Program-made: the position numbers and the translations under genes
Part shown: positions 51,198 through 63,685 of the stretch, in pieces
Layout of the letters: each line of letters starts with the position of its first letter
How positions within the stretch are numbered: position 1 is the stretch's first letter
The notes under the pieces: model-generated
Told to the model about the DNA's origin: nothing
The model's input: the letters and a program-made list of their open reading frames with translations, nothing else
Database searches by the model: none
DNA from: Chiloscyllium plagiosum
Lineage: Eukaryota
Reading direction: 5' to 3'
Assembly: GCF_004010195.1 (NCBI RefSeq)
Contig: NC_057718.1
Coordinates: forward strand, 8,021,552-8,085,551
Length of the DNA stretch: 64,000 nt

Positions 51198-51257
51198 TGG
51201 GTGCCGCAGGTTCTGTCGTTCCTGGCGATGTGATTTCCGAGAGTGGAGGGTTTGTGC
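51198..51257 (-). CDS. ADGRG6: GPR126-like S/T/P-rich linker exon (TNPPLSEITSPGTTEPAAP), phase 1-1
   Basis: ttgcttgcatcacaaag|GC...GCACCCA|gtaagt; 60 nt, symmetric, consensus donor. Confidence 0.68.
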
Positions 51258-53324
51258 CTTTGTGATGCAAGCAAATGTAAAATATTGAACACACGGCTTC
51301 CAAAAACGAGACTCTGTCCCCTTCCCACTAATCCTCAAACCCCTTGAACCATGAAGCAGTGAAATGTTACTGGATAGCATCTTGGCTGTGATTACTGTTC
51401 CCTGGTGAATCTAGTATTTACTCAATAGCAATAAACACTTTCACTGTCAGCAACATGGTTATCAACTGGTGCTCTCTGATGGTGACTCTGTGAAATTGTC
51501 CATTTTTAACCTCTGACCTTTGACCCATGGTCCTGTGCACTACCCAGGCATTGTGGAGATAAGATGGCAGGAAGGAATGACACAGTCCCTGGGGCAGTGA
51601 CTCAACCAAGTGATGTGCGGATGTACATTCAACAGCCTGATGGGCAACATCAAAAGAAAAATGGAAATGATTGGCTCCAATTTCTTCATTTAAAGAGTCT
51701 TGAGATGCTAAGGGAGACCTCTTAACATGTTAAGCAGCCTCCAAAGGCTGTGACCTCAGAGTTCTCAGGTGTAGCAGTTCTGTGACATTGTCTGTGAGAG
51801 GTGTTTGCTGTCTCCCCCCGCAGAGGGAGGCATTGCCTCGTTCACTTAAACCCAGAGGAGGAAACTTCAGATTCTCGATTTCGCAAAGGAAACTCCCCCT
51901 GGGTTTTTTTTAAAAACGGATTTGTAGAGCCGCCTGTCCATCTGGGATTCTCCCAATGGCTTGTAGAAAAATGGTTTCCCTCGCTCTACCAGAGGATACT
52001 CAAGCAAGCAAGGAGTCACCCATTGAAGGCCGAGATGAGGAATGTTTTCCTCTCATTCTCCCCCGCAGATGGCTGTTGAGTTGGGGTCACTGAGGATACT
52101 CAAGGCTGAGGTTGACAGATTTCAAAAGGGCATCAGGGATTAGGAGGATAAGGTAGGAAAGTGGAGTTGATGATTATCAGATCAGCCATTGAACGACGGA
52201 CTTGACTCAATGGGCTGAATAGCCTACTTCTACTCCTGTGCCTGTGGTTCAATTGACTTAAGCAATCATTCATTCAGAGCATATTAGGGAGCTACAAATT
52301 TCCATAGTTTGATCTGCTCTTTGGTTCCACAAAAGCCCATTCGAATTATACACTCACAAAAACTCACAGCACAGACAGAGGCCATTCGGCCTCTCACAGT
52401 TGTTTTAGAGCAAAAAAATCACGACCCGTTATCCAGTTCAGGAAATTTAAATCACCCTCTCTCCCAATAAGGAAGATTTTCCCCTTTGCAATCCTCTTTA
52501 AACTCAACTGTATACAGAAACTATTCTATCAGGAAACTCCTCTGGGTTTTTTTAAAAGACGGATTTGTAGAGCTGCCTGTCCATCTGGGATTCTCCCAAT
52601 GGCTCCACATCACACATTACAATATACAGTTAGAGAGTCATAATGGCTTGGATAGAGGCCATTCACTCCATTGAGACAGTACAAGAGTATTTCTGTATTA
52701 CTGCGTACTATAATTGCATATTGTAAAGCTTATATGTTACCTTGTTGTAACATGCCATAATATGCCAAACTATGGTGTATCATATATCACAAATAATTAT
52801 TTAAGAATTTATGCAGTGGAAGTCCATTATAAAGCAGGTATTGGGACCTGAAAAATGAAACAATTTTGAACTAGAAAAATGAAGATTGAAATAAAGATTG
52901 ACCTTTTCTGGGAGGGGCTCATGAAACCTCCACACTTTAAATAAATTTGTAATGCATTGATTCATAATGGATTCCACTATATAACAGCCCAATTGGATTT
53001 AATATATTTTTTGTGCAAAATGATATTCTAGTTTCGTAAGTGTCAAATAATTTTCATTTGACGACTGCATATGTTTTCTTTTGGCATTTTCTATCATAAA
53101 TAACTATGTGCTCATTTATAAAGGGAGCTGTATATATAAACATGACACACTGTCATTGAACCCTTCTCTTGGTAGATGAACTGCAACACCACCAGTGGTA
53201 GGAGGGTATCATTACACCACAACATCCTTACCACAGCTTTCCCCATAACAACTGTGCACAGAGTAATTGATAACTTGAGATATCTCAAAATAATAACAAA
53301 ATGAGTAAAACAAGGTTTGCTTAC

Positions 53325-53399
53325 CAGCAGTGGAGGGCTCAGGGCTGTTAGTACCATGCGTGTTAGTGATACTAGTGCTGAAATGGGATGGTGTGGTCA
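53325..53399 (-). CDS. ADGRG6: GPR126-like S/T-rich linker exon (TTPSHFSTSITNTHGTNSPEPSTA), phase 1-1
   Basis: tcttccttatcttgttaccag|TG...ACTGCTG|gtaagc; 75 nt, symmetric, mucin-like composition. Confidence 0.72.
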
Positions 53400-53689
53400 C
53401 TGGTAACAAGATAAGGAAGAAACATGCAGGTGGCTGCAGGTTAGTTCAGGCGAAATGAAGGAGTTTGTCATTGCACACCACGACTGACAGAACTCATAAT
53501 CAATCATCATCAAAAAGTACAATACCTCCCTTTGCCCCATAAACGTTGCTATTTCATACAGATTATGGATTTGGCCATTGTGAGCCATTCAGGTTGGCCT
53601 TGTTCCAGTGGGAGCAATGTCCCCCCCCCTGAGTTTGGATGGTTGTGCTGCTCTTGAATACGTAATCTAAGCTGACACTTCAGTGCAGC

Positions 53690-53992
53690 AGTCATAGAGT
53701 CATAGAGATGTACAGCACTGAAACAGACCCTTTGGTCCAACCTGTCCATGGCGACCAGATATCCCAACCCAATCTAATCCCACCCAGTCCATATCCCTCC
53801 AAACCCTTCCTATTCATATACCCATCCAGATGCCTTTTAAATGTTGCAATTGTACCAGTCTCCACCACTTCCGCTGGCAACTCATTCCATACACGTACCA
53901 CTCTCTGTGTGAAAAAGCTGCCCCTTTTATATCTTTCCTTCTCACTCTAAACCAAAGCCCTCTAGTTCTGGACTCCCTCACCCCAGGGAAAA
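53690..53992 (-). mobile_element. CR1 LINE 3' fragment
   Basis: VRVWNELPAEVVETGTIATFKRHLDGYM; gtcatagagtcataga tail. Confidence 0.9.
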
Positions 53993-54183
53993 TGACTTTG
54001 TCATCACAGAGTGCTGGGCTGTTGGAGGTGTGAACTATTAAATGCAACACTCAAAGGAGACCAAGTGACAGATATGTATAACTCCACAGTTTTACATATC
54101 AGCAAAGTGCTTCTTGAAGGGTGTTAAAGCAAGTCAGTTTGATTTTGGGACAAGCTCATGGCATACTGGATCAGATGACCTTT

Positions 54184-54499
54184 GGGCGGCACGGTGGCAC
54201 AGTGGTTAGCACTGCTGCCTCACAGCGCCAGAGACCTGGGTTCAATTCCTGCCTCAGGCGACTGACTGTGTGGAGTTTGCACGTTCTCCCCGTGTCTGCG
54301 TGGGTTTCCTCCGGGTGCTCTGGTTTCCTCCCAGAGTCCAAAGATGTGCAGGTCAGGTGAATTGGCCATGCTAAATTGCCCACACTGTTAGGTAAGGGGT
54401 AAAATGTAGGGGTATGGGTGGGTTGCGCTTCGGCGGGTCGGTGTGGACTTGTTGGGCCAACGGGCCTGTTTCCACACTGTAATGTAATCTAATCTAATC
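54184..54499 (+). mobile_element. HE1-like tRNA-derived V-SINE, near full length
   Basis: A box tggcacagtgg, B box ggttcaattcc, V-domain and (taatc)n tail; a matching tail fragment lies on the minus strand at about 36590-36700. Confidence 0.93.
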
Positions 54500-55979
54500 A
54501 TCAGGGTTTGAACTTTAGCCCTCAGGAAACTGGGTTCAGTGCAATAACATTCACCATCAGAACTCATTGACCTATGGAACCCTGAGGTAAACAGTGGCAC
54601 ATTTGGACCCCAACCCAAATCCAGCTATCGCCTCTTCCACCCAGCCTTACTTTTTCCCAATCTTACTGGCTCCACAACAGGAAACTGACCATCCTAACCT
54701 CGGTTAACCCCCGTATAAAGCCAGTCTTACACTGAGGTCCTCTACAACGGCCAGTCCATTGGATCAAACAATTCAAACCCACCTCTCCCTTTTCAATGGC
54801 AAACTAGGGGGTGGCTAACAAATGCCAGCCTTACCAGAAATGCAAGAATAAAAACTTGCCAGTGTGAGTGAGATCCCTTTCTTCATTTATTTCTGTTTCT
54901 AAACAGAAGTATTAGATAATAAGGACAGCTTACAGGACAGCGTAATTGCCTCTGAGCCAGGCCCTCGGGGACCCTAACATACTCCAGGTGGGCCAGGAAA
55001 TTCATACATAACACAGCCAAGCAAGCTGGTTATCCACCTGTAAATCCTTCCAACACACGCCAATAGCAGGTGAGAGAGATCCCTGGTCAACCATGTGCTG
55101 GGGAGAAACTTGAAGCTTCGACCATCACCCTGGGTCACAAAGTGTTCGTTAAAAAGTAAACATTACCTCAGCAACTTGGACTCCCTGAATGAACGATAAC
55201 ACATTCATACCTCCTAGCAGTAAGGTGTTGCATGTCCAATACAAACTTTCCAATTACTCCTTAGCCCCATACAACTTCCCCTCCTCAACTATTTCCCCAG
55301 CCCCAAAACCCTCTGAGCTGTTTACCATGTGCTAAGTCTTGCCTGTGCATTATCACCAATTTTTCAACAGTTCCAACATTCACATACAGAGGTCCTAAAC
55401 TCTGGAATTCTAAGCTTCTCCAATTCTCTACTTCACTGTTCTCTTTTAGGACAGTTCTTAGAACCCACCTCTGGGACCAAGCTCCTGGCCAGTGGTCAGA
55501 AAACATGACTTGGTATCAAATTTTGTTTGGTAACGTTCCCACAGTAGACCTTGGGGATGTTTTGTTCCACCATGTGTAAAATATAAGATATGGGTGTTGT
55601 TGTTGTACTGGTTTTGTTACAAAGCAGAGTTTCTGCCAGTGGGCAAGGATTTTTACCTCGCCTCTGGAACCCCAGTTAAGATTTAAGTCGATCGAGAGGG
55701 GAATGAAAAGATGGCTCTCAAAGAGTTGACGACAATCAGCAGCAAGAGATCTATTGAACATATTTAAGGTCATAAAGAGATTCATTTCTGCTTTCAGTGA
55801 TACATTTTACTTTCCTGTGTACCTGCCAGTTTAAAAGGATTAAAAATTTATGTCAATAGTGGCAACTGCTCAGAATACCAAGAGGAATTTGCAAAGGTAA
55901 GGAGTGAAATCCAACTATCTTGTTTGGACAAATGCTTCTTTCTCAAACAACTCCTCCAGTAGCCTGGTTGGTCTAATGA

Positions 55980-58060
55980 CAAGGCATTGATGAGACCGCA
56001 CTTGGAGTATTGCACAGCTTTGGTCCTGTTCCTTGAGGAAGGATATAATTGCATTGGAGGCAGTTCAAAGAAGATTCATGAGATTAATTCCAGAGATGAA
56101 AGGCTTGGTTTAGGAAGAGAGATTGAGCAGTTTAGACCAATACTCTCTGGAGTTTAGGAGAATGAGTGGGAGGTTTAATTGAAGTATATAACATGCCAAA
56201 GGGAATTGACACAGTAGATGGAGATTGCATGTGGGGCAATTTAGAATGAGAAGTCATAGCTTTCGGATAAGGGGTAGCAGATTTAAAAGAGATAAGGGGA
56301 AATTACTTCTCTCAAAGGGTAGTGAATCTGTGGAATTCACTCCCCTAGAATGTGGTGGATGCTGGGATTAAATTTAAGATTCTTCATGAGTAATGGGTAG
56401 AAGGGTTATGGGGAGTGGGTAGGAAAATGGAGTTGTGGCGAAGATGAGATCAGCCATGATATCAGAGCAGGGTAGAAGGGCTGAATGGACTACTCCTGCT
56501 CTGAGTTCTAATGTTCCAGCTTTCCTGTCACACCTATTTGGTGATAAGATGTCAGCTAAACCTCGTAATCACGATGGTTTAGTGGCTGATTGACCTCCTC
56601 TGATACATTGTTTGATTTGAACCATTAGTCATTCGCTCAACAAGACAGGGCAGCAGCCAGGCTGCCGAACAATGCCCGTGCATACAATGGCCTCATGTCA
56701 ATCGGACCACAGGGGAAAATACACAGACAGCGACAACACAAAGAGACAAGGCTTTTAACTACCTCAGGCCGTGGGCTACTCACTGGGACCGCTGCCAAGA
56801 CAGAGACAGAAAGCAAGCAATGTTTGTAGGAGAGTCACTAAAATCTGGCCAACAATTAACTTGTTGTAATTCTGAGCTGGTTGTTTTTACCTCCCAATTG
56901 ACCATGCAACCCCCCTCCCCTCCCTGTTCAGACATCGACCAATGTTGTGCTAGTAACAATTTTATCACAAACCTCAATAAAATGTGTGCATTTTACTGAG
57001 CGGTTTCTATAGAAAGTGTGTGTGCTTACTGTATAAAACCTTGGTGAATACAAGACCACCAATGTACTGCTGAGGCTGTATAAGGCCGCATTTGGAATAT
57101 TGTGAGCAGTTTTGGTGCCCCGTATCTAAGGTAGAATGTATTGGCTTTGGGGGGAGTCCAGAGGTTTACAATAATGATCCTGAGGATGAAGGGCTTACCA
57201 TATTAGGAGTGTTTGAGGAGTTTGGGTCTGTACTCAATGGAGTATAGAAAGATGAGGGGAGGTCTGATTGAAACTTACAGAATACTACAAGACCGGGATA
57301 GAGTGGACGCGAAGTAGGAGAGACTAGGACGAGAGAGCACAGCGTCAGAGTGAAGGGATGGCCTTTCAAACAAAGATGAGGAGCAATTTCTTCAGCCAGA
57401 TAGTGGTGAATCTGTGGAACTCATTGCTGTTTGGTAAGGGGATCAAAGGTTATGAGGAGAAGGCAATTGAATGAGCTGAGAAACATATCAACCGTGATTA
57501 AGTGATGGAGGAGACTCAATGGGCCGAATGGCCTAATTCTGCTCCTATATCTTCTGGTGAGATTGGAGCATTGTTCACCTTAACTAAGGAGGGATATGCT
57601 TGTCAGACAGAGAGTCCAACAGATGTTCCCCAAATTAATCCTCAGAATGGTGGGATTGTCTTATGAGGGGAGTTTGAGGAAACTGGGTGGGTCTTCCCTG
57701 GTGTTTCAATGAGGGACGAATGGCATGAATAGAGTGGAAAGTATGAGGCTTCTTCCCAGACTGGAGGGGTCAATTATTCAGGGACACAGGTTAAGGATGT
57801 GGGGTGGGAGAATGTTTAAAACAGATGTACGAAGCAAATTTTCCACAAAGGATGGTGAGTGCCTGGAGCATTCTGCCAGAGGTGGTGATGGAAACTGACT
57901 CAATAGCAGCATTTAAGAAGCACCTGGACGGATACACGAACAGGAAGGGAATAGAGGGATGAGGATCCTGTAAGTGAAGGAAGTTTCTGTATGGTAGGGC
58001 AAAATGTGTTGGCACAGGTTTGGAGGGATGAACGGCCTGTTCCTGTGCCGAATTGTTATT
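55980..58060 (+). mobile_element. Cluster of three old CR1 3' fragments (about 55980-56515, 57060-57560 and 57590-58060) separated by unique sequence
   Basis: Repeated remnants of RPHLEYC..FW, DLIE.Y.I and FFSQRVVNLWNSL with CR1-type tails. Confidence 0.78.
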
Positions 58061-59460
58061 TTTTCTTTGCAATATGAAACTTATTTTAACAATCAGATGA
58101 ATTTTGTTGGGCATGTTTGAGATCTGACTAACCTCTCACCTCACAAAGCTCAATAGCGTTGTTGTGAGGCAGTGGTACTGTCCCTACTTCTAGGCCAGTA
58201 AATTCTGAGTTCAAGGCCATTTGTCCCTCAAGGTGCGTCTGAAGATGTCCAAACAAGTTTATTCAAATAAACAAATATTCTTAACCAAACTTTTGATAAA
58301 AGCAAAAACTGAAAGAACTGCAGATGTTGTAAATCAAAAGTAAAAACAGAAATTGCTGGAAAAGTTCAGTACGTCTGGCAACACCTTTGGAGAGAAATCA
58401 GAGTCAATGTTTGGGTCAAGTGACTCTTCATCAGAACTCTTAGGGTTAAGGTTTATAAAAGCTCATGTTTAGGTAGGCTACACTAACCTTATCAGTCTAT
58501 TTCCTAACTATATTTGATCAAATTGTGAACAGAAATCATAGAATTTTAGTGTTAAGCTCAAAAAGAACATTTTTCTTTCTCAGATACTGTGGAAATTCAA
58601 GATAGCTGTCTCTCACAGAGTTGACAAGAAGCAAGATGGCCTCCTTCTTTGAAGTAACATTCGGTGGAATTTTTTTTTTGTTTGATGAATTTCCCTTTGA
58701 AAAGCTAGTCTGGGTTGTTCTACCAAGATTTTCCGGTCATTGGTATTCCTCGTTAAGAGCCGATCATGTTAAATGAAAGGCTGTTTATGCTTGTTTTCTC
58801 TAGAGAAAGGTTTGGAATTTCTGGAATCTTCTGACACCCTGCTTATGTGTAAGTTTAAACGCAACAACAAGAATACGCTACAAATAGAAGGTGGAAGAAA
58901 TGCGAACATCATGCAAATTGAAAGAACTGAGTTAAAATTGTTTCCAGAGTTTAGTTTTGACAGCATGTAGATTGAAAGACTTTTCCAAGAGCTTACGATC
59001 CTTTCTCTCTTTCTCTGTTATTCCCCCTCCCTTCCTCCTGGGAATCCTGCCCTCAAACATCCAAACTGTCCCAGAACCAGGAAATAGCTAGAATCGTGGA
59101 ACTGCCACTTCAAACACCAAATCTCTGCTCAGCTCCTCCTCTTCTCAGTGTTTAGGCACTCCTACTGGAAACAGGTTAAACGATTCTCGATTGAGTGCAC
59201 GGTTTACCCTGAGTTTCCCGATCGAGGTTTGACATTGCTTTGAGTAATAGCTGCTGGAGAACATCCATAATTGGGGCTTTCACCGACACTTTCATTCGTC
59301 AGTGAGACCCAGGTATCCTTGGATACTCTTAGCTAACCTAAAGAGCAGTGGGACCCAGTTGAAAATCTGTCCTATTAAAATAAAAGATGATATTAAGAAA
59401 AGCAGTACAGACCGTGATGGCTAATTTGTCACAGTCTGACAACACTGCTCTTGGCCCTAC

Positions 59461-59529
59461 CTTGACAGCCAGAACCTGGAGTTGAACAGTAGGTGGGTTT
59501 GATGGTCATCTGGGTAGGTGAGGCAGTAG
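59461..59529 (-). CDS. ADGRG6: GPR126-like exon: post-pentraxin linker (TASPTQMTIKPTYCSTPGSGCQ), phase 1-1
   Basis: ctcactttcacag|CT...TGTCAAG|gtaggg; 69 nt and open. The C-x6-C-Q ending resembles the GPR126 exon that follows the pentraxin domain. Confidence 0.75.
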
Positions 59530-59681
59530 CTGTGAAAGTGAGAGGAATTCATGTTAGTTAAGAAATCTTTACAGACACATAATGACATTAGAGAGAACTC
59601 CCGACAACCTGTTTATGTGTAAGTTTAAACACAGTGACAAGAATATGCTATAAATAGAAGGCAGAAGAAATGTGAACATTA

Positions 59682-60382
59682 TTGTGTGTGTGTGCATGCA
59701 TGGGGGGTTAGTGGTCTGTATCTTTGTGTGTGGTCATGTGTGGGGCTGTGTGTGTGTGAGTGTGTGTGTGTGGGGCTGTGCGTAGGGCTGAGTGTGTGTG
59801 TGTGTGTGGTCATGTGTGGGGTTGTATGTGTGTGTATGTGTGTTTGGGACTGTGTGTGTGTGGTCATGTGTGGGGCTGTGTGTGCATGTGTGTGTGGGAC
59901 TGTGTGTAGGGCTGAGTGTGTGGTCATGTGCGGGGCTGTGTGTGAGTGGGACTGTGTGTAGGGCTGAGTGTGTGTGTGTGTGGTACATGTATGGGGCTGT
60001 GTGTATGTGCGTGTGTATATGTGGAACTGTGTGTAGGGCTGAGTGTGTGCATGGTCACATGTGGGGCTGTCTGTGTGTAGGTGTGGGTGAGTCTGTGTGT
60101 GTGGACACATGCATGTTTGTGTATGTTTCTGTTTGCAGGCATGTCTGTGTACCTATGTGTTTACGTGCATGCTTGTGTGTGGGAGTGTGTGTATTTGTGC
60201 TTCTATTTTTTCATGAGTGCACATGTTTCTGTGTGTGCACATGTGGTTATGTTCATGTTTTTGTTTGTGTGTACTTATGAGTGCTTATATCTCCGTATTT
60301 ATATGCACGTTTGTGTGTATGTGTGTGTGCGCACGCGCGTATGTGTCAATGTGGTGTATGTTTATATGTGTGTGCATGTTCA
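59682..60382. repeat. TG-rich compound micro/minisatellite
   Basis: Recurrent gtggtcatgtgtggggctgtg and tgtagggctgagtgtg motifs within (tg)n. Confidence 0.9.
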
Positions 60383-61009
60383 CTAACTGCTCTGTATTGA
60401 ACACTTCAAATTCATTCATTTTTTGATCTTTATATCCACATGCAGACCTTTCTGTACCTGTCCAGCTCAAACAGTGAGATTATATCATGGGTCATTAATA
60501 TGAGAAATTCTTTTGTGCTTTTCATACCCTGTCTGAGGCCATTAGATCATGATCTGGCCAATTATTTCATCATTGTTTGTGGGATCTTTCTGTGGGCAAA
60601 TTGCCTGATTTCCTACATTGCAAAAGGGAGCCCATGTCAAAAAAAAGCACACATTGGCTCTTAATGTGCTTATCTATGTCAGAAAAGCTACTTTATATAT
60701 CCAAGTGTTTTACCTTTTTTGAGTTTCTTAACTCAGTGACGCCTACCTCCAAACCGATTTGATTATGTGTCAGAAGAAACTTTAAGTCTTGATGAGCCAC
60801 ATCAGTGAAACTGCCAAAGGGTCACAGATTGAGTAAAATAATTCTCCAAGATCCTGGCTCACAGCCAATCTACAGAATGGAAGTAATTGTACTTAGGGAC
60901 AGATGATTCAGCTTGTCAGTCACTTGTAAAACCTGGAGTGCAACTCTCACTCAGAAGAGGAAAGGATCACTCAATATCATCTTGAGAAGGCAGAAATGAA
61001 CTTCCTTCT

Positions 61010-61612
61010 TGAACCGCTGTAGTCCATGTGTACTTCAGGAGGGAGCTCCAGAGTTTTTGACTGTGCGACATGACACAATGATCAAGTGCTTCCAATTGGC
61101 TTGCAGGGTGGTGTTCCTGTGCATCTGTACCCTTGTTGTTCTAGATGGTAGTGGTCATGTCAAAGGATCCATGAGTTGCTGTAGTGCATCGTGGAGATGG
61201 TACACATTGCTGCTACTGTGTTGGTCAATAGTTGGGGCAAGGAATGTTGAAGGTACTGATCCAGTACTGACCAAGTGGACTGCTTTGTCCTGGATGGTGT
61301 TGAGCTTCTCAAGTGTCACTGGAGCTGTCTCCATCCAGGCAAGTGGGGAGTCTTCCATCAAACTCCCGACTTGTGCCTTGTAGATGATGGACAGGCTTTG
61401 AGGAGTCAGGAGGTGAGTTATTCTTTGCAGGATTCCTAGCCTCTGACCTGCTCTTGTGGACAAAGTATTTACATGGCCAGTCCAGTTGAGTTTCTGATCA
61501 ATGGATAACCCCTAGATTGGTGATAGTGGAGGATTCAGTGATAGTAATATTTTTGATTGTCAGGGTAAATTCATGGTAAGATTCTCTCTTGTTGGAGATG
61601 GTCATTGCCTGA
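61010..61612 (-). mobile_element. L2/Crack-like LINE fragment
   Basis: Encodes TRAGQRLGILQRITHLLTPQSLSIIYKAQV.SLME.SPLAW. Confidence 0.8.
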
Positions 61613-61989
61613 GGAGCAAATGTTATTGGCAGTACTAATAGTGTGTATTGTTCTCTGGTTATAGATTATACTTGGATAGCTCTCCAGGGATTGAAATTTC
61701 ATTAATGAGTGGCACAAGAAAGCACCAAACATGCATTAGCACTACGTTAGAATTGGCTCTGATGAATCAAACATTAATCTCAAGTTGATCTGAACAAACT
61801 TTGGCAAGTGTCAATGTGCCACAGACCCATGTGTAAGTAAACAAGACTGAGTATAAACAATCTATAAGTTGGCACCACGACTTAGAACAGGCAGAACAAT
61901 GGTTCTTGTGAGAAGCAGGCATGAGTCAGTGAACAACACTCCCAATTCTGAATCCGAATGTCCAGGCTGGAGATCAAAACTCTTGAGAA

Positions 61990-62380
61990 CAAACTAGGCT
62001 CACATTCTGTTGCAATACTCAGGCAGTGCTTCACTGTTAGAGGTGCCATCTTTCAGATGAGACGCTCGACTGATACCCTGTCTACTCTCTCAGGCAGAGA
62101 TACAGGATCATATAGTTACAAATCTGAAGAGTAGGGCAGTTATCCTCTGCATTCTGGCTTATAATGATCCTTCATCAACATGGCTAATTTACAGTCTCTA
62201 TCTATAAAGAGTAAAATACTCTAAACAGTGAGAACATTATCCTGGCGTTAAGGCATTGTTCTTTATGGGAGCTGGCTTATATGTGTGCCACATTAACTAC
62301 TCTTCTATTATATACCATCAGCTGTAAACCATTACAGCACCATAATTATGTGAAAGGTGCTATCTAAATGCAATTTTTTT
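61990..62380 (+). mobile_element. Deu-domain SINE (SacSINE1/AmnSINE1-like)
   Basis: agaggtgccatctttcagatgagacg...ctctctcagg core and gtgaaaggtgctatctaaatgcaa tail; the same tail occurs at about 4535-4620. Confidence 0.72.
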
Positions 62381-63685
62381 CTTTCTTTCTGAGTAAATGA
62401 AATATCACTTTGATGATTCAGTCCAATCACTCTAAGGTCTTCTCAAGCTTCCTCCCATTTTTCCTCGTCCATCTCTACCAGCTTAACCCTTTATTGCCTC
62501 CCCCTTATTTATGTATCTAGCTTTATCCTAAATGTAATGATATCCTTCATTCCAACCACTCCCTGTGATAGTGGGTTCTGCATTCTTATCACTCTTTGGG
62601 TAAGCACATTTGTTCTGAATTCCTGATAGAATTTCTTGGTTGTCTGCTTTATACCGATGGGTCTGTAGTTATACTGTCCCCCACAAGAGGAAGCATTCTC
62701 TCTGTTTCCGGTCTCTCTGTTGAGGTGAATAGGTTGGGCCCAACAGTATGTCTTATTCTGGGCCTAACACATTCTGATGGAATGTCAGGAGTTTATCAAT
62801 CTCAGTATTACAGGTCACCTATCAAATAGTAGTCCTTGATGACCACTCAGATGCCCACTTGAAAAGGAGTCAGAAACAGGTGAGGAACTGAAATCTTCCT
62901 TTCTGGAGGGTGGGGTGGACTTAGTGATGGGAACCTATTCTTTCAGATTACAGAGCAAAATAACCAAGAACAGGGAGTTTTCTCTATTCATTCATGGGAT
63001 GTGGGTGTCACGAGCAGGGACAGAATTTATAGCCCTCCCTAACTGCCCTGGAGTTGGTGATGGCAAGCTGCCTTTTTGTTGCTCTGCAGTACATGTGCTG
63101 TGGGTAGACCTACAATGTGTAATCATCACTGAACATCCCACTTCTGACCTTACGATGGAGGGAAGTCATTGATGAGGCAGCTGAAGGCGATTGGGTCTAG
63201 GATACTACACTGAGGAACTCCTACAGGGATGGACTGGAGCTGAGGAGAAAGTGAGGTCTGCAGATGCTGGAGATCAAAGTTGAAACTTTATTGCTGGAAC
63301 AGCACAGCAGGTCAGGCAGCATCCAGGGAACAGGAGATTCGACGTTTCGGGCACAGGCCCTTCTTCAGAGATGACTGACTCCCAACAACCATCTTCCAAT
63401 GTGCCAGGTGTGACTCCAACCAGCAGAGACTTCTTCCCCTCATTCCTAATGACTCCAATTTCGCAGAGGATTCTTGAAGCCATGCTCAATAAAAGGTTGT
63501 CTCAATGCCAAGGGCAGTTACTCTCCCCTCATGTGTTATTGAGGTAACTGATGTCTCCAATGAGAGTGAATATTAAAAAGTAATGCATTTACAATTGCAC
63601 TAAATGACAAATATTCCAGGAAACATTGAGAGAGAGTTTACAAAGGGTGAGCAGAGCAGGACTTCTGCAACACATTTAGGGTCAA

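Larger units (their letters stand above)
1872..59529 (-). other. ADGRG6: Adhesion G protein-coupled receptor G6 (GPR126)-like gene, partial: linker, SEA, HormR, GAIN/GPS and TM1-4; 5' and 3' ends outside the window
   Basis: 16 minus-strand exons with canonical AG/GT boundaries. Phases are compatible except at one junction, where an exon is missing. The peptides follow GPR126 domain order and closely resemble recalled vertebrate GPR126 ([73 protein letters not shown]). Ortholog versus paralog was not tested. Confidence 0.88.

Noticed and set aside
54184..54260. tRNA gene-like A and B boxes
   Set aside because: This is the head of an HE1-type SINE continuing into the V-domain and tail; no complete cloverleaf is evident.
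55167..55184. Possible 18-nt microexon (cattcag|GGAGTCCAAGTTGCTGAG|gtaatg)
   Set aside because: It contains TGA in the phase-1 frame used by the neighbouring exons.
59679..60426. Cys/Val-rich and His/Thr-rich ORFs (also 22709-23274)
   Set aside because: Translations of (TG)n/(CA)n low-complexity DNA.
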